Shown piece after piece: positions 10,322 to 20,394 of a stretch of DNA of 64,000 nucleotides; within the stretch, counting starts at the first letter, position 1; each line of letters starts with the position of its first letter. Origin of the DNA: Desulfobacterales bacterium (GTDB lineage Bacteria; Desulfobacterota; Desulfobacteria; Desulfobacterales; JAHDSC01). A model generated the notes under the pieces. It was not told the origin of the DNA. It made no database searches and saw only the letters and a program-made list of their open reading frames with translations. The stretch spans positions 6,472-70,471 of the forward strand of contig JAXGJZ010000010.1 of NCBI GenBank assembly GCA_040769985.1, given 5' to 3'. Position numbers and translations under genes: made by a program.

Positions 10322-10963
10322 TTGATGCGACTGGAACCAACCCTCAGGCAACAGCGATTTTTAGATTACCTGCGACAAGAGATCCTGCGTAATGGGAGAT
10401 CTCCCAGCCTGCGAAAGGCGGCGATGGATCTGGGCGTCAGTCATGCGGCGGTCGCCCAGGCACTGAAAGCGCTTGAAGAAAAAGGCCACATAAAACGCCA
10501 TGGTCGCTACAGCCGTCAGATCTATCTTCTGAACCGCGTTCGCGAAGCCTCTGCGTTGCAACGATGGCGTGAAATCCCGATTATCGGACAAGTCACAGCC
10601 GGTCTGCCTATGTACGCCCAGAATGAATGGGACGGGAGCATCGTTCTGGATGCCGCAATCTATCATGGCCAAAACCTTTTTGCACTGCGCATCAAAGGAG
10701 ATTCGATGGTGGACGCCGGTATCTTGAACGGCGATCTGGCGATTTGCGAACCACGCCAGTATGCCCAAAACGGTGAAATTGTAGTGACGCTTATCAGCAG
10801 CGAAGATGCCACGGTGAAGCGGTTTTTTTTACACAAGGACCATATCGAACTCCGCCCGGAGAATCCTCGGTACGATTCCATGCGTTACCGCTTCAGCGAG
10901 GTCCTGATCCAAGGTAAGGTCATCGGTATCCACCGCGGGCCGGAAATCATGGAGAAAATTTAA
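10322..10963 (+). CDS. lexA: LexA repressor
   Basis: N-terminal wHTH (SPSLR), Ala-Gly cleavage site VTAG, catalytic Ser GDSM and Lys TVKR. Confidence 0.93.
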   Translation: MMRLEPTLRQQRFLDYLRQEILRNGRSPSLRKAAMDLGVSHAAVAQALKALEEKGHIKRHGRYSRQIYLLNRVREASALQRWREIPIIGQVTAGLPMYAQNEWDGSIVLDAAIYHGQNLFALRIKGDSMVDAGILNGDLAICEPRQYAQNGEIVVTLISSEDATVKRFFLHKDHIELRPENPRYDSMRYRFSEVLIQGKVIGIHRGPEIMEKI

Positions 10964-11780
10964 TTGGTAACGGGAATACTCCACAATGCCTGTCGATTGA
11001 TGGTGGGTACCAGCGGCTATTCGTATATGGAGTGGGTCGACGGAGGGTTCTATCCGACGGATACGAAATCCGGACGGATGCTGTCGTTTTATGCCAAAAC
11101 CTTTTCCGTCACCGAACTGAACTACACCTGGTATCAGATTCCGAAGGACGGCTCCATCGAGCGGATGCGCCGGCAGGTGCGGGAAGAATTTTGTTTTACC
11201 GCTAAATTGATTCGCAGTCTTACCCATGAAGTGGATTCCGACCGGTGGCGCGAACAGACCGTTCAATATCGGAACTGCATTGCTCCTCTTATCCAGTCCG
11301 GGCAATTGGCGGCGATTTTGATACAGTTCCCCTCCGCCTTCGACCGTGTTACCCCAAACCGTTACGATCTGGCGACGCTTCTGGATGAATTCGAGGGATT
11401 GCCGGCAGCGGTGGAATTCCGAAATGCATCCTGGGTTTCAGACAAGGTGTTTGCCGAACTGGAACGACGCCGGGTGACGCTTGTTGGGGGGATGAGCCGG
11501 ATTTGCCGGGGCTATTCCCGTTACCGACCTCGATTTCTTCTATATTCGTTTTCACGGCCGAAACGCTCGGGGATGGCGTTCAGGCGGTATGCTGCACCAG
11601 TTTGACTATAACTATGCCGATGATGAGTTGCGCGAGTGGATGGAACAACGGATTGAAAAGATGGCACGAAAAGCGCGCGAAGGAATGATCTTTTTCAACA
11701 ACCACGTACGGGCCCAGGCACCTAAAAATGCCCTGCAGATGATTGATCGATTGATCGGGAGGGGATTGCTGGGAGGGTGA
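10964..11780 (+). pseudogene. DUF72 family protein, frameshifted (pseudogene or sequencing error)
   Basis: VGTSGYSY.EW, ELNYTWY, LIQFPSAF, VEFRNASW, FDYNY, IFFNNH spread over three frames; one shift lies in the G run near 11485. Confidence 0.8.
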
Positions 11781-11783
11781 GGC

Positions 11784-12545
11784 TTGGAGCGCTCGATTAT
11801 CCATTTAAACGTCGCCGATTTTGCGGTCGCGGTGGAACGGACGATGGACCGCCGGCTTAAAGAACGTCCGGTGATCATCGCGCCCGAGAGGGCAGGGCGG
11901 GCAGTCGTTTACGATATGAGGATGAAGCCTACCTGGCAGGAGTCCGTAAAGGCATGCCGTTACGGAGAGCCGCCGGTATGTGTCGAGATGCCGTCATTTT
12001 GTCGCTCCATCCCGACCGCTATGAACGGGTCATGCAGGCTCTGTTCAAACGGGCGTTGCCATATTCTCCGCTGGTTGAAATGGCTGATGGGGACGGGCAC
12101 CTGTTCGTGGATGCCACCGGCACCGGCCGCCTTTTCGGTCCTCCCATGGATGTGGCCCGACGTCTTTGCAGGAAAGTCAGAACGGATTTGGGACTTGACC
12201 CGATCTGGTCGGTCGCGCCGAACAAGCTTGTTGCAAAGATCGCCAGTCGTCTTGTGAAACCCGTTGGAGAATACATTGTTCCCGCGACGCTTGCGCGTCG
12301 CGGGAATGCGGCAAGGAACAAGCGGTCCTGGCTCCGTTGCCGATCCACCTGGTTCCCGGTATCGAATACGGGGATTTGATCCGGTTGCGGGAATTCAATT
12401 TCACCCGCGTATCCGATATCATCGGACTGAGCATGGAGCAGCTGGAGATGGCCTTTGGGACTCATGCCCGGTTTATCTATGAAGCGGTTCGCGGAATTGA
12501 CCCGTCACCTGTTCGACCGGCAGGACAAAATTCCCCCGTTGTAAC
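11784..12545 (+). pseudogene. Y-family polymerase homologue (ImuB/DinB-like), frameshifted and 3'-truncated
   Basis: IIHLNVADFAVAVE, RPVII, GVRKGMPL, APNKLVAKIASR, LPIHLVPGI, GIDPSPV across frames; little-finger domain missing. Confidence 0.8.
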
Positions 12546-12547
12546 TG

Positions 12548-12599
12548 CTTCTCCTTACAATTTTGCTCTTCGGTGTGTCCACTATTTTGAGAAACCCCA
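12548..12599 (-). mobile_element. Probable IS3-family terminal inverted repeat (solo end)
   Basis: Minus strand reads TGGGGTTTCTCAAAATAGTGGACAC..., the 5'-TG...GGACAC pattern of IS3 ends, followed by AAGGAG. Confidence 0.45.
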
Positions 12600-12792
12600 G
12601 ATCGCAACCGGCTGAAAGGTATCCTTGGCGATTGTATCAATGCCATTCTGAGTGCTGCCGGAATGAACTTCAGCAAGCTGCTGCGGCATGCAGCGGACTT
12701 TTTGCGCCAAATTTACTTCGGGCTTCTATTTTGCCAAAGAACAAATACCGTTGAGATCCTGCTCATACAATGACTTTTTCAGGATCGACTAG
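12600..12792 (+). mobile_element. IS5-family remnant (transposase C-terminus plus right end)
   Basis: Frame 12600-12773 reads DRNRLKGILGDCINAILSAAGMNFSKLLRHAADFL (IS5 DDE C-terminal motif), then CTTTTTCAGGATCGAC-TAG. Confidence 0.65.
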
Positions 12793-12939
12793 TGAACCGG
12801 GAATCAGCCAGGCGTGGCTGAGCCGGAAACCGGGGATTTCCCGGGCAAGACGCAGGTCTTTCAGTAAGCATAGAGCGCCGGATTGCAATGGAATATCATT
12901 ACGAGATTGGAAACTTATAATCCGACGTCCGTCCCGGAA

Positions 12940-13175
12940 CGCCATGAACTTCGCATCAGCCGGTGGCGTATCGGAATTGATCGTGGCTGTCGGGGCATTC
13001 TTCTGACTTTGTGTCATAAGCTATGTGTTTTTCATCTCGGGAGAACGCTTCGTCAAATTCATCGACGACAACGGCATCAAGGTCGTTACACGACTGATGG
13101 GCCTGATTCTCGCCGTAATCGGTGTGCAGATGCGCATTAACGGCGTCGGTGGTGCTGTCATCGAGTTTCAGAAGA
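12940..13175 (+). pseudogene. MarC-family membrane protein, C-terminal fragment
   Basis: AMNFASAGG...AFF*LCVISYVFFISGERFVKFI...VVTRLMGLILAVIGVQM; in-frame TGA at 13004, no 5' half. Confidence 0.7.
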
Positions 13176-13398
13176 TTGGCGTTGGGGGTTGGTTGAGGCG
13201 CGGGTCCCGGCGAATCGTATCTTGGATCGCAGCCGCACCTGAACTCAGGCGATCAATAAGAAAAAGGATGAGCCTTGCATCACTTATTAGAAGCGACAAA
13301 GAACCAACAGATAAAATCAGCAAAGCTTTTCCTCGTCCTGAATCGGAAAAGAACAAGCCATTACGGGTCGAACCGTACACAAAATGCTATAATTTAGT

Positions 13399-13414
13399 TG
13401 GCACAACATTTGCG
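13399..13414 (+). promoter_or_regulatory. Sigma54 (-24/-12) promoter
   Basis: TGGCAC-AACAT-TTGCG, exact GG-N10-GC spacing. Confidence 0.55.
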
Positions 13415-13430
13415 TATATTTTAGTACGAC

Positions 13431-14117
13431 TTAGAAACCCCCGCCCTGCGGGCGGGGTAATAGGGACCGGATAAGCCGGTCCCGGATGGGAATGGCCAAA
13501 AAGGCCGCTCACTGCTACCCTTGGCTTGAGTTGTTGCCGCAACATCAAGACATAAGGAGAAAGCAGTGAGCAGATTTCGCAAGTTATCACATTCGCTATG
13601 GCATTGTCAGTATCACATTGTATGGGTGCCCAAGTATCGGTTTCGAATATTGACCGGTCCCATAAAAGAAGCTGTGGAAGCCGGTATTCAGGCCATCTGT
13701 GGTTTTGCAGGCTGCGAAGTTGTGGAACTGAACGTGCAGCCGGATCATGTACATTTGGTTGCGATGATTCCACCGAAGGTATCGATTTCCGAATTGTTGG
13801 GACGGCTCAAGGGCCAGACATCGATGCGAATGTTTCATCAGTTTCGGCATTTGAAAAAGAAACCGTATTGGGGCAACCATTTTTGGGCCAAAGGCTACTG
13901 TGTAGACACCATTGGATTGGATGCGGACATGATACGCAAGTATGTCCGCTATCAGGAGAAAAAGGAACAGCAGTTGGAACAGCTTCAAATAGTTGAATAA
14001 CGAATCGAACCGCGGCACAACTTACACGGCCCGCCCCCTCTGGGGGCAGGGCCTTGTCCCCCCTATGGGGGGATTTTTCAAAGCCGCACCCTTAGGGTGA
14101 GGGTGCGGATTCTTTAC
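13431..14117 (+). mobile_element. IS200/IS605-family element (tnpA only)
   Basis: Left hairpin CCCCGCCC-TGC-GGGCGGGG (13439-13457); right hairpins at 14033-14047, 14057-14073 and 14084-14108 ending TTTAC. Confidence 0.85.
13566..14000 (+). CDS. tnpA: IS200/IS605 Y1 (HUH) transposase
   Basis: YHIVWVPKYR, HUH motif DHVHL, LKGQTS, FWAKGYCVDTIG, IRKYVRYQ. Confidence 0.95.
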   Translation: MSRFRKLSHSLWHCQYHIVWVPKYRFRILTGPIKEAVEAGIQAICGFAGCEVVELNVQPDHVHLVAMIPPKVSISELLGRLKGQTSMRMFHQFRHLKKKPYWGNHFWAKGYCVDTIGLDADMIRKYVRYQEKKEQQLEQLQIVE

Positions 14118-14619
14118 TTCTATTTAGAAAGGCTGAATAATGTCGAGAATGAAAACAAATCATGGGTTGCGGATCAAGCAACCGGATTGATCCGCCATAA
14201 TGAAGAGATTTTTATGACAGGATTGGAAATAATCAATAATGTAAAAAGCTTACGAAAACAATATATAAAAACAGGCGTTCTATATTGATGATAAACCAAG
14301 TAATATAAAAACAAAAAAATTGAATTCCAACTGAACGATTTTTGCCAAATTATTACAAGTTACTTACTGCTTCATAATATAAGCGGGATCAATGAACAAA
14401 AAGAAATAGAGATAAAGCAATCAGGAATCTACTTTTCAAGATACGGACTCCTTTTTTATTCAATGTAAACAATTTAATAAATGACAATTTTTTGCGGAAT
14501 TTTACAGAGTGGTTTGAAAGAAAAATCAAAAGTTGCAGGGTTGTTCATTCCCTGATTGAAAGCTATCGATAGCTTTTATCACGAAGAAACTTCCGAACGG
14601 GAAGTTAGGAGCTCTTAAT

Positions 14620-15135
14620 ATGTTTTCGCTTTATCGATACAAAAAAAATGGTCTGCCGTATGGTTTAATCAAGCTTCATGAGTTTCTCCTTGAAGATATC
14701 ATTTTGTATTTTGAAAAAGGTAAATTTATAAGGAAGAGGGCCAATGAAGCTCGTAAGGCAATCAAACAGGCACTCAAGTTCGCCAAGAAAAAGAATGTCT
14801 ACTCCAGCAAAAAAACTAATCGAGCCCTTGAACTTATGGAAGAATTGCTTGAGGAAGTAGACTACACTCATCAGGTGTTAAAAAAAACAGCAATTGAAAT
14901 GGAAAGTATGATCACCCAGATTAAAGAAGAAAGGGTTGCGCAAATTTCTTCGCTTATCAGCAAAGCACGTGAGCATTTCAGGGAAAACCAACTTGAAAAA
15001 GGAATGGGTTTTCTCAAGGAAGCGCAAAGTGAGTTGGAGAAAAAATATCTTTTGGAAACTCGAAAGAAGTTTCTCACTGGTATTGACAGTGAGATTAAGA
15101 GAATAAAGTATGAAATTGAGAAAAAACTAAAATAA
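14620..15135 (+). CDS. Hypothetical Lys/Glu-rich helical protein
   Basis: 171-aa ORF with AGGAG RBS in an AT-rich segment; no recognisable motif. Confidence 0.6.
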   Translation: MFSLYRYKKNGLPYGLIKLHEFLLEDIILYFEKGKFIRKRANEARKAIKQALKFAKKKNVYSSKKTNRALELMEELLEEVDYTHQVLKKTAIEMESMITQIKEERVAQISSLISKAREHFRENQLEKGMGFLKEAQSELEKKYLLETRKKFLTGIDSEIKRIKYEIEKKLK

Positions 15136-15554
15136 TGAAGCGCTCAACTTTTGAGTATGATAGAATTATTTGGTTCAAGCAACAGCAAAATCTCGCAGCT
15201 AATATTTTAAAGCATCTGAATGCGTTTCATTGCTTTAAACCTCTCCTGGCCGAGGGTCGAGCCTTTGTAACAATTTTACATAATGAAACATTTAAAAAAA
15301 CACACCGAAAAATGGCTTCAAAGGGCATTTGGGGAAGACCGTTATTATGCGACTGCTGTATCAAGTGCGCGGCCAAGTATCGGATTTCCTGATAAGCGAT
15401 TCGCCGGTTCCGTTTTTTACTTGAAGATTTCCATGGATAAGTTCATGAAACTCTTCTTGGTGAGGTAATTTGACCATCTTGATTCGTTCACAAAGAATCG
15501 TGTATGAAAAACGGAATCATACCAATCTTCTCTTTTTGAAAAGAGAGAATATTT

Positions 15555-15986
15555 ATGCCGAATCATTGGTTTGAATTTTTAAAAAAAGATTTTGTTCAGG
15601 GTTTTCCCGCCTTCTGCGGTTTTGAAGTCCTCCGCGCAGATTACTGCATATTTGAAACCTGCCTGAAGGTCCTTAATCAACACCGGCAGCAGGATGGGTT
15701 CGTCCATGCGGGAGTGATCGCAACAATGGCGGACCATACCTCCGGCTACGCATCTTTTACGACCGTATCGGAAAAATTCCGCATTCTGACGGTGGAATTT
15801 AAGATCAACTATTTCAAACCCGCTACCGGTCCCCTTATTATCTGCCGATCAAAAGTGATAAACAACGGCAAAAAAATAAAAGTCGCTGAATCGGAAGTTT
15901 TTTCCGTTTCCAATGGAATCGAAAAACTGGTCTCCAAAGGAATGTTCACCCAGATCGCCGTGGCATCGGAGGATATTGTTTTATAA
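15555..15986 (+). CDS. PaaI-family thioesterase (hotdog fold)
   Basis: QQDGFVHAGVIATMADH, LTVEFKINYFKPA. Confidence 0.9.
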   Translation: MPNHWFEFLKKDFVQGFPAFCGFEVLRADYCIFETCLKVLNQHRQQDGFVHAGVIATMADHTSGYASFTTVSEKFRILTVEFKINYFKPATGPLIICRSKVINNGKKIKVAESEVFSVSNGIEKLVSKGMFTQIAVASEDIVL

Positions 15987-16128
15987 TCATCCCGGGTTCG
16001 CGAAACCGATAGACTCCGGACGATTTTCGGACAATTTGCCGGTTCCGGCTTTTTGTTGAAAATCTCCATGAACTGGTTCATGAAATCTTCCCGGTAAGTC
16101 AATTCAACCGTTAAATTCACATACGGAA

Positions 16129-16872
16129 ATGAAGATAAAAGAAATACATTCCAAATCGATTCTTTCCCCATCAAAAGTCTATGACTATGTCATTAACCCG
16201 TATGTCGGATGTCAACATGGGTGCTCTTATTGTTATGCCAGATTTATGAAGCGATTTACCGGGCATAAAGAATCCTGGGGGCATTTTGTAGATGTAAAAA
16301 TCAATGCGCCCGATTTGTTGAGGAAAGAAATTCGGAAGAAAAAGAAGGGGACCGTATGGATCAGTGGAGTTTGTGACCCGTATCAGCCTTTGGAGGCGAA
16401 ATACAAACTCACCAGAGAATGCCTGGACATTCTCGCGCAGAACAGTTGGCCGGTGGTCATTCAGACACGATCCCCCCTGGTCCTTCGCGATATGGATATA
16501 TTCCGAAAATCAAAAAATATCGAAGTCGGCCTTTCAATCACCTCCTCGAACGACGAAATCAGAAAAGTGTTTGAACCCAATGCGCCGTCAATTATGGAAC
16601 GGCTGGAAACTGTTGAATCATTGCATCGAAACGGCATCCGGACTTACGCGATGATTGCACCGATCCTTCCCGAAGCCGAGAACCTGGTCGGAATACTGGC
16701 GGGAAAAGTCGACTACATCATTATCGACCGCATGAATTACCGCCATGCGGACAGGATCTACAAAAAACATGGGTGGAGCGAGAAGAATACCGACGATTAC
16801 TTCAACAGGGTCAAAAACACGATGCGAAATGATTGTATGAGATTGGGAATTGAATGCAGGTCGGCCTACTGA
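16129..16872 (+). CDS. Radical SAM protein, spore-photoproduct-lyase-like family
   Basis: INPYVGCQHGCSYCYA, DPYQPLE, TRSPLVLRD, FEPNAPS. Confidence 0.9.
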   Translation: MKIKEIHSKSILSPSKVYDYVINPYVGCQHGCSYCYARFMKRFTGHKESWGHFVDVKINAPDLLRKEIRKKKKGTVWISGVCDPYQPLEAKYKLTRECLDILAQNSWPVVIQTRSPLVLRDMDIFRKSKNIEVGLSITSSNDEIRKVFEPNAPSIMERLETVESLHRNGIRTYAMIAPILPEAENLVGILAGKVDYIIIDRMNYRHADRIYKKHGWSEKNTDDYFNRVKNTMRNDCMRLGIECRSAY

Positions 16873-17256
16873 TTCAACTCTGTGAATTAAGCTTCGGGCC
16901 TGGCAATCGGTTTGATATAGTAAAATTTTTTCTCAAGTTCCAATGGATCCGCATCGATACCTTTAATGGATGTATCAGGCAGGGAAGCCCGATGGCTTGA
17001 CCTTTTCAACGATATGGTTATTTCGCGGAGTGTTTTACTTGCTCCAATGTTCTTTTTTCAGGGCGAAAAAAATGATAGCGGCGCTGAAAAACGCTTTCTC
17101 CCAGGATATTGAAATCGAATCATCGAGGACTTGCCTATGCCCGTCTCTCTGGCCCCTTCGCGAGGGAGTGGCTTATTGAATCAGCTTTTACCTGCGAAAA
17201 AGTACTCTGTTTCGCCTCTGTATTTTAAATTTTGGTTCAGAAGGAGCGTCACCCAA

Positions 17257-18470
17257 TGGATGCTTATCATGTGATCTTTACCGGCCGCATTGCGGAAGGA
17301 ATCACGCAACAGCAGGTCGAGGAAAAGTTGCAGTTGCTGGGCTGCCCTGCCGACAGTATTCAAAGCTTTTTCCAGGGGAAAGCGCGGTTACTGAAAAAAA
17401 ACCTACCCCGAAACCGGGCCGAGCTCTTTGCGATGGCCTTCACTCAGGCCGGGGCGATATGCCGCGTACAGAAGTCCGACCAGGAATTCAAACATGCCGT
17501 GAACCCCGAAAATCCGGCATCCGGGGCAGACCCGTTCACGGTCGTATCCCCTGTGATCGGCCCTACACAACTCGCCTTGACTCCGATGCAAAGCCCATTT
17601 TTAACCGCGGCCGAAGGCGGCATCAACATCAATCGCAGGGACAGGACCTTTGTTTCTTTTGAGGATATCGCTCTGGTGGCGGCCGCGTATGATTCCGGCC
17701 GGGGAAAGCAGGTGCTTCGATTGCTGGTTTTCATACGGAAAGAGAAGCGACCGGTCATCGTGGACGTGGAAAAGATCGCCTTTTCCGGCTTCCCTGATGT
17801 GACGGGCAACAATCTGTTGTCATCCTTTCGGCGGTTTCTGACGTTTTTGTTGGAGAAAAATTCACGCATAATGATTGACGAAGAGACTCATGCATTTTTA
17901 AAAGGCAGTCGGCCCAGCGAAAAGGGCAAGGATATCGATGCGCTGGCTACGGCCCTGGCCGCCCTGGTTCCCGCGGAAGGCGGCGGCGGAAAAGCCGTTA
18001 AGCGGAAATCGCCTCCGGCGCCGGTTCGACCCACGGCTGAAACAGGCGGATCCTGTGATCCGGCACGAGGTGCCCTCGTTGAACCTGTCGGAAAATCGGC
18101 TGCTCAAATATCACCAATTGGACCTGTCGCGGATGAGCCGATATTGGATAAGGATAAAATCCGAAGGATGGCCATCATTTACTTCGTTCTGAGTCTGTTT
18201 TTTTGCCTGGGCCTGGTTTCATCTATTTCACAGATCGGAAAGGGAGGAGCTTCATCCCGCTCGAATTGGTCGCCATCGTTTTACCCACAAAACGCCGGTT
18301 CGTTTTTCAAAGAGTCGCCGGCGCTAAAAAAACAGCGTGAATCGCTGGAATACAACCGGAAAATGGCTAAAGTAACGAATGTCCTAAAAATCGTCGTATG
18401 CGTGGCGCTCGCATTTTTTTTCTTTCGGAAAGCAAAATGGAACTGGGAAACATACCGGAATCTGAATTGA
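17257..18470 (+). CDS. Hypothetical membrane protein
   Basis: AAGGAG RBS before ATG 17257; N-terminal YHVIFTG...AGAIC domain; two C-terminal hydrophobic helices. Confidence 0.7.
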
Positions 18471-18631
18471 AAACAGCTTTTCGGTCTCTTGATACCGATT
18501 GCTCTTTTGATTTACTCCCGACCTTTTGAGAAATGTTCCTGTAGAATCGTTGAACCTTTCGAAAAAGTATCGGGTTAAAATTTTTAATACCTGATTTGCG
18601 CGATTTGTGGCATAAAAAAAGACAACCGCTG

Positions 18632-18810
18632 AGCCAGACCTGGCTTGATCGAGATGCTGATCCGCACATCCGGTGCTTCATTTATTATTCCTCGGAAATG
18701 AGCGAAAAAAATGATTCATTAGAATCAGAATCCTCTTGCCGACCATATTCATGCACAATATAATGTAACAATCTGCGGTCTCTCTTGGTAATTCAAAATG
18801 AGCCGTCATT
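18632..18810 (+). repeat. Direct repeat, copy 1 (about 175 bp)
   Basis: GATGCTGATCCGCACATCCGG...TCAAAATGAGCCG nearly identical to 22094-22274. Confidence 0.9.
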
Positions 18811-18936
18811 TGCAGGTGCTTTCGTGACCGGGACGCCGGGCGTTCTTATTGAAAGCCCGGAGCTTACTGATTTTTAATCTCTCCACGCACATCAGAAGAC
18901 CCCCTGAAAAAAGGGAGGGTGAAATCAGATGCTTAG

Positions 18937-18991
18937 CAGGGTGTTGAAAAACTGCGCCTGAGGCCGCCATTCAGCGTTGCACGGCTCTCTC
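18937..18991 (-). mobile_element. MITE family A, one end only
   Basis: TTAG|CAGGGTGTTGAAAAACTGCGCCTGAGGCCGCCATTCAGCGTTGC is the reverse complement of the end of the 62567 element. Confidence 0.85.
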
Positions 18992-19306
18992 GCATATCTT
19001 TTCGAGTCTGACGAAAGAATTACGACCCCTATCCGATTCCATCGGTTTTTTGTGCGTTCTATCCCGTGCCAATGCATATTCAGGATGTTATGTATAAGTT
19101 TAGTTTTGTGCCACTTTTGACTTTTTTGAAAGCTTGTAGGAGTTATAAGGGCTCGGCAGATGAATACCAGGGAGATGGTGCCAAAAAGCGCCAAGACAAA
19201 TGGACGTGCAGTATTCCCGTTGGAAGCAGGTCACTTGATTGATATTGAGGATGGGAAGGCCCAATCGAAACCAATTGATAACATAGCAGGAAAGGAGGAG
19301 CGGATC

Positions 19307-19760
19307 ATGATAAAGAACACCAATTCCGAAAAACAGATGCCTGTTCTGACTTTTGAGTATCCCCTTAAGGTAAAGTTTATCTGCCTGACTTCAGACCTTT
19401 GTTTTCACTCGATGCTCTCGATGTCGGAAAACTGGCGAAAGGCAATCTGAATCGAGATCGGCTTTTGAGGGGCAGGTACGGCAAGGAACCGCTCTATGCG
19501 GTCGTCAAAGGCAAGGTGTTCTGAATGTTGAAGTAGATGGTTGTCAATGTTCTGAAGAGGGGTCTGAGGAGGTGAAGGCGATATTGGCTCACGTAGTCAA
19601 GAAGCTGGGATCCTTTGATGACTGGAAACCAGTGCCTGTAGAGGATTTTCTGGTTATGGCAAAAGATGGCAGTTATCCGCCAAGGGCAGGAACCGGCGCG
19701 GGATGTTTTTACATCTGCTTGTGGAAGTATTGTTTATTCTGCAAGGCGACAGCCCTTTGA
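19307..19760 (+). pseudogene. Degraded hypothetical gene
   Basis: AAGGAGGAG RBS and ATG; protein-like reading continues over frame changes to ...CFYICLWKYCLFCKATAL*. Confidence 0.35.
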
Positions 19761-20394
19761 ACCAGTTGGGACATGCTGGATCGAGAGGCGAAAGCCGGAT
19801 GTAATCATGGGCGTCTGATCCATAGGCCGAGGTGCGTCGCGCTGATAATGGGCATCTGCGGGCTGTTCACGGTCGAAGCAGATGCCCCTTGGTGCACCAG
19901 TTGCCGTTCGCTGTTGCAGTTGCTTGTAATAAACGAGGGCTGTTTTTCGAAGCCGCATCCACGAGGTCAGTTCTACGTCCTCGCACCCCATAAGGGCATT
20001 TTTAGAGCCATTTTTGCTCCGAGAAACCCTGGTTGCTCTCGGCAACGATCTGTATCTCGCTCATGTCATGATGTCCCGTCTCATACATTATGAGATATTT
20101 TTCGATGAGCGTTGTCCTGGTTACAAAAAAGGCCTTGGAGTATATTAGACACAGCAGCGGAACATTGCGATTTTGAAAGTTACCAGCAGTGCAATCCCAA
20201 GTCCAACCGATATGAACGATGCGTCGAAACGCCGCTTCAAGGAATTTGGAAATGGCCTGAATTTGTGCTTCTCCAAGGGATTTTGGCTTTTAGGTGATGG
20301 TTGTTTGCCGATCAATATCGCCGCAGGACTATCAGCATGGTACCTGCTTCCCTTTTAACGACTCCGCGAGGTCTCCGCAGAGAGCGGGCTCCGC

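Noticed and set aside
13004-13006. In-frame TGA as selenocysteine
   Set aside because: Lies in a membrane helix of a gene fragment; no Cys-equivalent position or SECIS-like hairpin evident
13225-13255. attC-like half site GCCGCACCTGAACTCAGGCGAT
   Set aside because: No matching RYYYAAC arm or GTTRRRY core, and no integrase nearby
13025-13474. 149-aa ORF as an intact gene
   Set aside because: Only the first ~50 aa are MarC-like; the rest reads through non-coding DNA into the IS end
14000-14120. tnpB / omega-RNA system
   Set aside because: No TnpB ORF; the hairpins are explained as the IS200 right end
16110-16125. ATTCACAT upstream of the radical SAM gene as a LexA box
   Set aside because: Single mismatched half-site in AT-rich DNA; expected by chance
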